Part shown: piece after piece, positions 17,201-24,649 of the stretch
How positions within the stretch are numbered: the stretch's first letter is position 1
How the letters are laid out: the number at the start of each line of letters is the position of its first letter
DNA from: Candidatus Limimorpha equi
GTDB taxonomy: Bacteria; Bacteroidota; Bacteroidia; Bacteroidales; F082
Assembly (NCBI GenBank): GCA_018065885.1
Contig: JAGHSL010000041.1
Coordinates: forward strand, 1-37,213
Reading direction: 5' to 3'
DNA length: 37,213 bases
The notes under the pieces: model-generated
What the model saw: the letters and a program-made list of their open reading frames with translations, nothing else
Told to the model about the DNA's origin: nothing
Database searches by the model: none
Program-made: the position numbers and the translations under genes

Positions 17201-17342
17201 CCTTGTTGAGCCTATCAGCGTCGCGGGTGAGAAAACGGCGGCGGTCCAATAAAGATTTCGAAATCTCGTCATCAAGGATACCATCCGTGGCATATCTGGG
17301 ATAGAAGCCGTCGGACGTACCGCTAATTATTATCTTAATCAT
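14265..17342 (-). CDS. 1025-aa single-pass membrane protein: 'head' domain (distant homolog of the 3382 and 9434 heads) + beta-rich middle + TM + helical extracytoplasmic C-terminus
   Basis: ATG at 17342. The head MIKIIISGTSDG...GFMMASLFLPKGEKLAGTEIKKALDDIVL...VDVDWSFV aligns with MISIVVHGILGT...AYLMFSFLIPRGRQLNGEAVLGRISREMIL...YECDWSFL. A CarboxypepD_reg-like stretch follows (VSLRIIDKATGNLF...WTVKVSCNGYDDNELSVAIADG). The only TM is YMFLLVVSLLLVVGGALALALAL (nt ~15395-15327). Confidence 0.8.
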   Translation of the reverse strand: MIKIIISGTSDGFYPRYATDGILDDEISKSLLDRRRFLTRDADRLNKEGYSFQPLATGVLFHKLILLFDGFGRDGFMMASLFLPKGEKLAGTEIKKALDDIVLKYKMHIVGGMANVDVDWSFVKDKSDELNKLVESKHWKQHPRVGDASRTALMQGAENRVDDYFQYPHFLKSGFANFEQVFLTESLLDPQMVSDNGEEGYKVLTTNDVDIDDIDYAIEYNNPNGYFTNGLKSSVKKKELETSAGDFRCGRLERSGYRPAEVYIPSGTQSSDGETINVELPILVPKSASVSLRIIDKATGNLFLSGETTVEWKKGKFYDSSWEKRTAENGLYKFEREECDEVWTVKVSCNGYDDNELSVAIADGTVGKVDVQLTFNPTWTINVISPVNGGTFPVKQNGKYTEIEKLKRSLNVAGLEVAPPQEDAANRTVTIKAKYPLITVKIILDFQKISEMSVRKNELDAKIDELKRCYADQGLEFDKCDDSNGNVKLYFKKKEAVSLPPVKAGGNSPHDGSNSANSGVSVQLTASDPGRPKRKENTYKDKDVRKKEEPVEKPIKKWVLLLDKKSKKFSVFGNGPDEIIKDKGISYDKKNHRLVIECQDMPTVEPKFAKVEKDRYSYRLELGDEEEVVWRQETEKPQPYKVVRKLRTKYMFLLVVSLLLVVGGALALALALKDDNNVFAEQKERMEHFNDQVKGFECYCGDFTLMAGAEQCHSECLKIIEGLEKNEKQKEAQQDSLYLAFESLYQKQCDFRHRDSVNFARLSFLEKKWNDVDMKSYDEIKDKIGDLTAPMSEAHRKQVNKWINEREKEKKSLANAEEEREEWEELNMVDGPDSARGFIEKYGDGKYGGRYSEDVGAVKAFKKFYENTKTLEECKGFLNNYQSEYPDSKMVKKVTGWVEDLKKRLQDTQGESTSLGAQESVEKSDGDGGGKKTLNTINEIFNSLNYHNAAELTIDQYFEEFSLNNSVDRYSKQISNIKDRARKMGKDQYEQSFQRANGYVSSEANKKNDWDILTCLVNALDGKLQ

Positions 17343-17369
17343 GTTGTTTCCCTAATTTAAATAACTGTT

Positions 17370-17377
17370 CAAAAATA
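17370..17377 (-). promoter_or_regulatory. Candidate Bacteroidetes -7 promoter box (TATTTTTG) upstream of the 1025-aa gene
   Basis: The plus strand reads caaaaata, which is minus-strand TATTTTTG and matches the TAnnTTTG consensus. It lies ~28 nt upstream of the ATG at 17342, inside a 161-nt spacer. This is a motif match only. Confidence 0.3.
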
Positions 17378-17503
17378 AAACGAAAATCAAAAACGGGCGA
17401 AGCCTTCGGTGTTCCGAGGGCATGGGATTACCACTACCACAATGTCGTGCAATCCCACAGCCTCCTCCTGTTTCCTTGCTTCACGAGTGCATCTGCTTAA
17501 AAA

Positions 17504-19165
17504 CTATCTCCTAAACACGTTTCTTGTTCTTCTTCTCCAACTGTCCGTTTCCGCAACCTTCGAGTATTCAATCAGCTGCTTCACCAAAACAGAAGCTGGT
17601 TCAGGATCGAACAGGCACAGGCTTTGGAAGAACACCTCGCCGATTGAAAGAGGAACCACATCTATTGTGCCATTAGTAAGACCTAATCCACCATTTCCGG
17701 GGTTACCAAGGATTTTTTTCAACTGGGTCACTAAAGAGCCGAAATATTCATCTGCCGCCTCCATCGCGCTATCCTTCCATCGGTTTCTATCAGGCGACAG
17801 CTGATCACATTTCGTAACTATCAGGCTTATGCCTTGCGTGGTACTGTTGAACAAATGATGAGTTTTAAAATATGTGGCGGCATTCTGTAGGATGAGCACC
17901 TGGTCAGCGTTATGCAACGGCCTGCTGTCGAGAATGAAATAGTGGTATTTGGGATTATCCGTATTTTCAAGATATTTTTTCAGTTGCTCATAAGTCGCCT
18001 TATGCGCTCCAGTCTTAAATGTCCTGCCCTCAACTTCGCAACTGAAGCATTCAAATATCTCGCCGGAAATCTCAACGACTGCGAGCTTGTGTTCCTTGAT
18101 GCTTTCATGTCCTCTTCTGTCTCTGACTGTTTCATTCAAGGTCAATGGAAGATACTGTGTGGTATCCACATCCGAAGCGGTAGGAAAACAAACGGCGGGC
18201 TTGTTAGGATCGCCAAGAAACATGGTAGAGAGTTGGTTCATATAACCTAAACCTTCACCCTCGCGAGGTTCAAAGCAATTTCCTTTTCGCGCCATGCTAA
18301 GGATGGCAGCCATGGCGCAAGTCTTGCCCGAACCCGGCACGCCCCAAAAATAAACCTCCGTGTTTCCCTCGGGAATACTCGTGGGAGTTTTGCCCATCCT
18401 GAGAGACACCGGATTTTTATCCCAGCTTTTCAACACCTCGTTTCTGATTTGGCCCTTACTGTCCTTGACCTTATCCCTTAGGTCATTGGCCGTGATGCCG
18501 CAAACTTTGAGGTAACCCAATGGGTAGGCGTTGCTGTCTTCTTCCAAATCGCGAATGATGTTCTCTTTCTGTTCCTTCATTATTTCAATTACCTTTGCTG
18601 TTGCTTCGGCCACATGCATTCCATGAGGATAGGATTCCTTGTAGAACTCGTATGAGGCCGAGGTGTTGTTGCTGCATGCCGACTGCCAGGCTTCTTCATC
18701 CTTTCTCTGCTCTTCCTGTCGTGCTCTGACTTCATCCGTATGCTTACCGTTAGGGAAATTGGTGACATAGGCATCGTATGTGCCGTTGGCTTCTGCCACA
18801 GCCCAAACCTTGTCGTCAACTTCGGCGGCATGGACGCCATTAGGATAAGCGTGTAAGTATCCGATATAACCCGTCATGTTGTTTACCTTCAAGGCATCGT
18901 TCCACTTTTCCTGTTCTTCCCTATTTCGGGTCTCGGCAATCTTGGCATTGGCATCCGCAACATGTCTGCCGTTAGGGTAAATGTCCATATAGCGTTGGAA
19001 ATCGTTTCTGCTATTGCACAAGTCCCATGCCGCATCATCGACCATGGATGCCCTGCCCATGAAAACCGGCACCGACATCAGCTGGGTTAAGGTCACTTCT
19101 CTGTTAATGAGTGCTTCTGCGATTTCGCTTGCATCGCTACACTGGATTCGTAATTCATCCCACAT
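17504..19165 (-). CDS. P-loop GTPase-like protein with four N-terminal 'YPxGxH' helical repeats
   Basis: 553 aa. The repeats are YMDIYPNGRHVADANAKI, YLHAYPNGVHAAEVDDKV, YVTNFPNGKHTDEVRARQ and YKESYPHGMHVAEATAKV (nt ~19003-18581). G1/Walker A is GVPGSGKT (18343-18320). The G3-like motif is VVEISGEIFE. The G4-like motif is IVTKCDQL (TKCD at 17815-17804). Confidence 0.8.
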   Translation of the reverse strand: MWDELRIQCSDASEIAEALINREVTLTQLMSVPVFMGRASMVDDAAWDLCNSRNDFQRYMDIYPNGRHVADANAKIAETRNREEQEKWNDALKVNNMTGYIGYLHAYPNGVHAAEVDDKVWAVAEANGTYDAYVTNFPNGKHTDEVRARQEEQRKDEEAWQSACSNNTSASYEFYKESYPHGMHVAEATAKVIEIMKEQKENIIRDLEEDSNAYPLGYLKVCGITANDLRDKVKDSKGQIRNEVLKSWDKNPVSLRMGKTPTSIPEGNTEVYFWGVPGSGKTCAMAAILSMARKGNCFEPREGEGLGYMNQLSTMFLGDPNKPAVCFPTASDVDTTQYLPLTLNETVRDRRGHESIKEHKLAVVEISGEIFECFSCEVEGRTFKTGAHKATYEQLKKYLENTDNPKYHYFILDSRPLHNADQVLILQNAATYFKTHHLFNSTTQGISLIVTKCDQLSPDRNRWKDSAMEAADEYFGSLVTQLKKILGNPGNGGLGLTNGTIDVVPLSIGEVFFQSLCLFDPEPASVLVKQLIEYSKVAETDSWRRRTRNVFRR

Positions 19166-19263
19166 AATGATATTATTTTTAGTTTGTTATTTACTTGTAA
19201 TTATTCAATTTAATATTTCCCAATGAAAAGGTTTCGAGGCTTGCGGTCTCGCGTTCCTGCCGC

Positions 19264-20244
19264 CTAAAGCCGTCCTATGCCGTTTTCTTCCTCATCATCG
19301 TCTTCATCCTTGAGCAGTTCCTTGAACAAGCCTTTGCTGCGGCTGTCGCGTTCGGCCGTAAGATAGGGAAGCAGGAAGAGCAGGATGCCCACCAAGCCGC
19401 ATATCACCGTCCAGATGCTGCTGATGAAGCCATCCGGCTCGGTGAAGCATTTCATAACTTCGGATGCGGTGGTAAAGGAATAGCTCCAATATTCGGGAAC
19501 AGTTATGCCAAGATCAGTATACGCTTCACCATATTCACGAAGAATGGTCATGTCGGTCGTGTCATTCTTGGCCCTTTCAGCCAAAACGTTGTATTTGGCC
19601 TGAAGAGCGCCGGAAATTTCATCGACATTGTTCATAACGGATGGCAGCTGCCACCAGCTCAGCTTTTCCCTGTTCATCACATCTGGCACAGAATCATTGA
19701 GGATAGACAGGTTTCCTTCCAGGTTAGTCACCATAAATTCAACTTTCGTCATATCTGCCAAATCGGTACTTTCAAACAATCGCTCGCAAAATTGCTCATT
19801 TCCGACCTTGTTATTTACGACTTCTTCCAGTAAACTTCTCCAATTCTCAACCCTTCTATTGACATAATCGTTGTAACTGGCGGTCATTGAATCCAATTGT
19901 TGGCGCTGGTCGGCAACAATGTCCTCAATTTGTTTGGTGCGGCCATTCACCGTAAAGAAATGGTTGATGAGGCCCATGCCACCCACGAAAACGACGAGCA
20001 TGATGCCCAACATAACCGTTTCGGTGACAGCCGACTTTTTGAAATAGAAAGGCTTGCTGCACAGCTTGGCCTTTTCAAGCTGCATGCACACCACAATAGG
20101 AACCACCAAAAGGCATACAGCCACTATGATGCTCCATAAAAGTTTTCCACCATTCAGGTAGTAGAAACTCATAAAACCCATGGCTGCCAAAACCAACGCA
20201 GCCCCAACGGACAAAATCCATCCAAGATTAAACTTGCTTTTCAT
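19264..20244 (-). CDS. 4-TM membrane protein with a ~170-aa soluble loop and an acidic C-terminal tail
   Basis: 326 aa. There are three N-terminal hydrophobic helices (ILSVGAALVLAAMGFMSF, LLWSIIVAVCLLVVPIVVCM, VMLGIMLVVFVGGMGLI). One helix lies near the C-terminus (IWTVICGLVGILLFLLPYL), followed by DEDDDEEE. I recognised no family. Confidence 0.65.
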   Translation of the reverse strand: MKSKFNLGWILSVGAALVLAAMGFMSFYYLNGGKLLWSIIVAVCLLVVPIVVCMQLEKAKLCSKPFYFKKSAVTETVMLGIMLVVFVGGMGLINHFFTVNGRTKQIEDIVADQRQQLDSMTASYNDYVNRRVENWRSLLEEVVNNKVGNEQFCERLFESTDLADMTKVEFMVTNLEGNLSILNDSVPDVMNREKLSWWQLPSVMNNVDEISGALQAKYNVLAERAKNDTTDMTILREYGEAYTDLGITVPEYWSYSFTTASEVMKCFTEPDGFISSIWTVICGLVGILLFLLPYLTAERDSRSKGLFKELLKDEDDDEEENGIGRL

Positions 20245-20317
20245 AATGATAAGATTTAATTGCTATTTGTTGTTTGTTTCTATTCGTATAGATATCATTT
20301 TTTCCGAAATCTATCAG

Positions 20318-21241
20318 TCACTTACATTTTTTATTTCTTGCCACAAAGACGGCGAAGCAGAACTCACGGCAGAAAAAGTCGTAATCCACCCAAATGCTGC
20401 CTTCGTCGCCCCAGTCGGTTCCCCACGAGTTGCGCACTCGGAAAGCATGGCGCCCGTCGTCGTAACCCACCAAGGTCATGGCATGAAAGGCATGCATTCC
20501 CGAATAATTATAGGTGTCATAATCGATCACCTTGTCAGTTTTCCATCTCATGAAGCGGTCGCCAAGATGCGCTCCAAAAGCCAAGGGTATGGTGTCGTTG
20601 AGATAGGCTTTCAATTCGCCTACTGTGGGCAAGTCTCCATCACGAGCCACGACAAAGAAGTCCGTTATCCGGTTCGTAGTGTCGCCAAATCCAGTCCCAT
20701 CGCATCCTTTCAGCTCTTCGTATGGAACTTTTTCCATAGAAGCCACTCCGTTGGTCATCAAGACATTGAATGCAGCCTCGAAACCAGTTCCCGAACATCC
20801 TTCACCCTTTTGCCCTTGTGGGATTGACAGCCACAGGTCTTTGGGCGAAGTCTGGTTGGAGGCTTGTTCCAGCATTTCCCCTGTCCAATGCCCATCGATG
20901 GCATTGAGAGCCGTCTTCAGGTTGTAGCCTGTCGCCCACGCCACGCAAGTGCCCTTGTTGCCTTGGTCACCAATAGGCGGGAAATACTGCTCAAGCAGCA
21001 CTTGCTTGGGAAGATTCAACGTGTCGTCATCTTGATAGGGTGGCACCACGTTTGGCATGTTGTCCCAGTCGTCATAATCGGGCAGGAAACCTGTCCGCTC
21101 AACAATATGTGCCTTATAGTTGCATTCGGCGCAAGTCTTCACGAGACATGCTATCAGCATCAGAATCAGCAGCAAGCCCACCACTCTCAGAATGATGGAA
21201 AAGGGTCTTGAATTACCCACATATTCTTTTTCTCTTTTCAT
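20318..21241 (-). CDS. Signal-anchored papain-like (C1 family) cysteine peptidase
   Basis: The track start at 21247 is TTG; the first ATG is 21241. TM is FSIILRVVGLLLILMLIACLV. The catalytic-type blocks are GDQGNKGTCVAWATGYN (Cys), HAMTLVGYDD (His) and VRNSWGTDWGDEGSIWV (Asn/Trp). Confidence 0.8.
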   Translation of the reverse strand: MKREKEYVGNSRPFSIILRVVGLLLILMLIACLVKTCAECNYKAHIVERTGFLPDYDDWDNMPNVVPPYQDDDTLNLPKQVLLEQYFPPIGDQGNKGTCVAWATGYNLKTALNAIDGHWTGEMLEQASNQTSPKDLWLSIPQGQKGEGCSGTGFEAAFNVLMTNGVASMEKVPYEELKGCDGTGFGDTTNRITDFFVVARDGDLPTVGELKAYLNDTIPLAFGAHLGDRFMRWKTDKVIDYDTYNYSGMHAFHAMTLVGYDDGRHAFRVRNSWGTDWGDEGSIWVDYDFFCREFCFAVFVARNKKCK

Positions 21242-21247
21242 AGTCAA

Positions 21248-23020
21248 TCAATCGTTTGGACAATGCACCATAAAACTCCAGGCGGTCCCTGAATCGCCAT
21301 CAGGAATTACTTCTATATAAATCTTCGGTTTATGGAACTGGATTGTTTTCGTGATTTCATACTCGTCCGTAAGTCCGAAAAACCTAAAGATTTCCTCACC
21401 TTTGTTATCTTCACCATCATAGATGACGATAAGGTCAGGGTAGTAATTACCCGTAAAGTAATCGAACTCGAAAGAGCCGGAATTCTGCCCCATATCGACA
21501 ATAAAGCTCTCTGGGGTATTGCTTCCCGATTTCTGTACCTCATCGCAAGGTCTTAACACAGGAGGCGGAATCACTTTATCGTCCGGATTAACATTATCGT
21601 CCGGAATAACATTGTTGGTTGGAATAATAGGACGGACAACTGGATCGGTGCAGCCACACCCGCAGAAGTCGTAATGCCCATGACCCAGCAAAATCAGCCA
21701 TAACAGCAGGAAAAGCAGCAGCAAGCCCAAGGCAAGCAGCAGCCAATTGAGCAAGGCATGCCACAGTCCGCCGCGCCCTGATTTCACAGGTTCTTTCCTT
21801 TCAGGCTTTTGGGCGGTAAAGTCTCTGTCTTCGACAATACTTTCGGCCATAGGGTCGGCATTCCATTCACTGCAGGTCTCGCCGTCAACCACAGGCAAGG
21901 GCGGCACCTGACCGGGAGTCAGCCTTGTTCCATGCTCAACCAGAAACTGCGTGATGACTTTTCCATCGGGAAGGAGAAACCTCACCGTATGCTTCTGCGT
22001 GTCGGGCGGTGCTGGCGCAATGGCCTTATAGTCGCGGTTGTCATTGACCACATCGTTCATCGGGTCGCCATCCCAAGTCGTACAGACAACTCCATCAACA
22101 ACTGGAAGTTGAGGAATATAGTCGCTGCCAATCCGTTTGCCATGCTCAGCATCGAATTCGATGATAACCTGCCCGTCAGGTGTAAGGAAACGGATGTGAT
22201 GAGTGATTGGCGGTTCTTCCTTCGGATCTTCTTTCAGTTCTTCCTTCGGATCTTCCTTCGATTTTTCTTTCGGCTCTTCTTTCGGCTTAGGCTGTTCTTT
22301 GTATTGGGCCGTAAAACTAAGGTCAGATTTCACCTCAACACCTATGGGATTCCTATCCCAGCCCAAGAAATCACAGCCATCATTGGCTCGAACCAACGGC
22401 ACCTGATGGGGCTCAATCCTTGAGCCATGACTTTTCTTCAGCTCTGTGGGATTGTCAGTAGTGCCACGGACACCAAGTTCGAACCTGACAATATGTAATT
22501 CCTTTTCAGGGAATAAGTCCGCAAAGATAATCGACTCTTCAAAATCGAAGCCATCTCTGGGCCGCATACCCCAAACCGTGGCTACCACACGATTGTCTCC
22601 ACAATAGACATTACTCTCCGAATCACCGGCATACTTAAGCGAAAGCTGAAGGAAGTTAGCTTCTTCGGCCAATCCTTCGTTCTTCAGCCGGTCAAGCACC
22701 GAATGATAATGGGCGAGCGTCTTGTCGAGCAACGACTTGTAAAAGTCATGGTCGGCGCCAGCCTTGCTCAAGCGCACAAATTCGGCATCGGAACGCGGCG
22801 TGAACCAATAGAAATACTCTTCCGATTTCTGCTTGTCAACATCATAATACGGCAGGGCAAGAAAATCACGATAAGGTTCATCGACAAACTGGTCGATGAT
22901 GCCTTTCACACTGTCGTAACGTTTCCACATGGGCCACTGTCCTATCCCCTGCTCATCGCATACCTGCGACCGTAAGGTGACACATAACGGTTTGTAGCCT
23001 TTAACTGCTGGTATTGGCAT
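21248..23020 (-). CDS. SrfA-like N-domain + 3 InlB-type B repeats + TM + Cys-rich/beta-rich C-terminal domain (paralog of 23033..24643)
   Basis: 590 aa with no signal peptide. The N-domain contains WPMWKRY, YWFTPRSD, LSLKYAGDSESNVYCGDNRVVATVWGMR. The repeats start HIVRFEL, HHIRFLT and HTVRFLL, with (F/V)xGWD or W(D/N)xxP. The low-complexity KEQPKPKEEPKEKSKEDPKEELKEDPKEEPP spans nt 22300-22208. TM is LWHALLNWLLLALGLLLLFLLLWLILL (21766-21683). A 144-aa tail follows. Confidence 0.75.
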   Translation of the reverse strand: MPIPAVKGYKPLCVTLRSQVCDEQGIGQWPMWKRYDSVKGIIDQFVDEPYRDFLALPYYDVDKQKSEEYFYWFTPRSDAEFVRLSKAGADHDFYKSLLDKTLAHYHSVLDRLKNEGLAEEANFLQLSLKYAGDSESNVYCGDNRVVATVWGMRPRDGFDFEESIIFADLFPEKELHIVRFELGVRGTTDNPTELKKSHGSRIEPHQVPLVRANDGCDFLGWDRNPIGVEVKSDLSFTAQYKEQPKPKEEPKEKSKEDPKEELKEDPKEEPPITHHIRFLTPDGQVIIEFDAEHGKRIGSDYIPQLPVVDGVVCTTWDGDPMNDVVNDNRDYKAIAPAPPDTQKHTVRFLLPDGKVITQFLVEHGTRLTPGQVPPLPVVDGETCSEWNADPMAESIVEDRDFTAQKPERKEPVKSGRGGLWHALLNWLLLALGLLLLFLLLWLILLGHGHYDFCGCGCTDPVVRPIIPTNNVIPDDNVNPDDKVIPPPVLRPCDEVQKSGSNTPESFIVDMGQNSGSFEFDYFTGNYYPDLIVIYDGEDNKGEEIFRFFGLTDEYEITKTIQFHKPKIYIEVIPDGDSGTAWSFMVHCPND

Positions 23021-23032
23021 TGTATGTCTGTT

Positions 23033-24643
23033 TTATTTAGAACACGGATTACAAAGATAAATGATATAAAGTACAACAAAAACGAACAATATGAACAACG
23101 CGATGCGTAACATCCAGCGCCAAAAGCCGTTACCCATGCCACTGCCTCCTCCAAAGATCTTCGGCATGATGCCGTGGCGGCGACTCTGTAACTTAATGTC
23201 GGTATCTTTATTAATAATCAGTTTCAGCGGATTAGGTACCCAAAAATGGCTTTGCTTGCCATTCGCGACAGGCAACGGCGGCACCTGTTCGCTTTTCAGG
23301 CAATTGCCATGCAACACCTGCGTCCGCATCACCTCTTTGCCATCGAGGCCGATGAAACGCACTCTATGCCACACCTGGTCTTCGTCCTTTCCCGCGTCTT
23401 CCTGTTGCGGTGGCTTTGCCATGAAATCACGGTCAGCATTAATAAGTTCACCTACGGGATTGACATCCCATGCGGGGCTTAACACTCCATTCAGCACTGG
23501 CAGGGGCGGCACCTGTGCAGCCGACAAGCGCGAGCCATGTTCCACCTTCAACTGCGAACAAACCTGTCCGTCGGGCAAAAGGAAACGGACCGTGTGCTGT
23601 GGCTTCTCCGGCATCTTCGGCTTAAGAGCCTTATAGTCATGGTCTGCAACGATAACGTCATTCAATGGGTTTCCATTCCATGCCGGGCACACCATCTTTC
23701 CAACAGAAGGCAACTGGGGAACAAGTCCCGGAAGTATCCGTTTGCCATGCTCCACATCCAATTCCTTGACAATAAGGTTTTCGGGCGAAAGGAAACGCAC
23801 ATGATGCTTCTTGGGTTTAGGGTTGTCGCCATGTTCTTCTTCTACCTGATTTCTTGTTATCGGCTTCTCATCCACTGGATTATTCGGCGATTCTGGAACA
23901 GGAGGGACTTCCTGCTTAGCCTGCTCCTTGTACTCGGCTTTAAACAGCAAATCGCCTTTCACTTCAACCCCTATAGGATTGCGGTCCCAGCCCGTGAAGA
24001 CGTATCCGTTCTTGGCTTTCACCAAAGGCACTTGAGACTGATGTATCTTTGATCCATGGCCTTTCTTTAGTGAAACGGATTCGCTTGCTGTGCCTAAGTC
24101 ACCTAATTCAAATCGCACAGTATGATACTCCACTTCGGGTATCAGCTCAACAGATAACATCGATGCGCCCATCTCATGTCCCGGACGCTGACGCATACCC
24201 CACACTGTAGCCACCACATGGTCATCGCCACAATAGATGTTGTCTTCCGAATCGCCGGCATACTTGAGCGACAGCGACAGAAAATTGGCATCTTCTGCCT
24301 TACCTTCGCTTTGCAGTTTGGCCACTACCGACCGATAGTGTTTCAGTGTATCAGCAAGGATGCCTTTGTAAAAGTCATGGTCATCACCAGCCTGGCTCAA
24401 GCGGACGTATGCAGTATCGCATCGGGGAGTGTACCAATAGAAAAGTTCCTCCGCCTTCATCTTGTCAATCTCATGATAAGGCATGGCAAGGAAACTACGG
24501 TATGGCTTGTCAATATATTGGTCAACAATGCCTTTAACGCTTTCGAAGCGTTTCCACATTGGCCATTGGCCAACACCCTGCTCATCGCAAACTTTCGAAC
24601 GTGGGGTGACACATAGCGGCATATAGCCTTTAACTGCTGGCAT
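23033..24643 (-). CDS. SrfA-like N-domain + 4 InlB-type B repeats + C-terminal tail anchor
   Basis: 536 aa. The N-terminal ~165 aa are collinear with the 21248..23020 product (MPAVKGYMPLCVTPRSKVCDEQGVGQWPMWKRF...VVATVWGMR). The repeats start HTVRFEL (with GYVFTGWDRNP), HHVRFLS, HTVRFLL and HRVRFIG. The only TM is at the extreme C-terminus (FWRWMLRIALFILFVFVVLYIIYL). Confidence 0.75.
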   Translation of the reverse strand: MPAVKGYMPLCVTPRSKVCDEQGVGQWPMWKRFESVKGIVDQYIDKPYRSFLAMPYHEIDKMKAEELFYWYTPRCDTAYVRLSQAGDDHDFYKGILADTLKHYRSVVAKLQSEGKAEDANFLSLSLKYAGDSEDNIYCGDDHVVATVWGMRQRPGHEMGASMLSVELIPEVEYHTVRFELGDLGTASESVSLKKGHGSKIHQSQVPLVKAKNGYVFTGWDRNPIGVEVKGDLLFKAEYKEQAKQEVPPVPESPNNPVDEKPITRNQVEEEHGDNPKPKKHHVRFLSPENLIVKELDVEHGKRILPGLVPQLPSVGKMVCPAWNGNPLNDVIVADHDYKALKPKMPEKPQHTVRFLLPDGQVCSQLKVEHGSRLSAAQVPPLPVLNGVLSPAWDVNPVGELINADRDFMAKPPQQEDAGKDEDQVWHRVRFIGLDGKEVMRTQVLHGNCLKSEQVPPLPVANGKQSHFWVPNPLKLIINKDTDIKLQSRRHGIMPKIFGGGSGMGNGFWRWMLRIALFILFVFVVLYIIYLCNPCSK

Positions 24644-24649
24644 AATTCA

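Noticed and set aside
22208-22300. Short tandem repeats that might look like a CRISPR-like array or a non-coding minisatellite.
   Set aside because: The repeats are in frame inside a long ORF and encode a K/E/P linker. There is no repeat-spacer periodicity and there are no cas genes. No CRISPR array was seen anywhere in the window.
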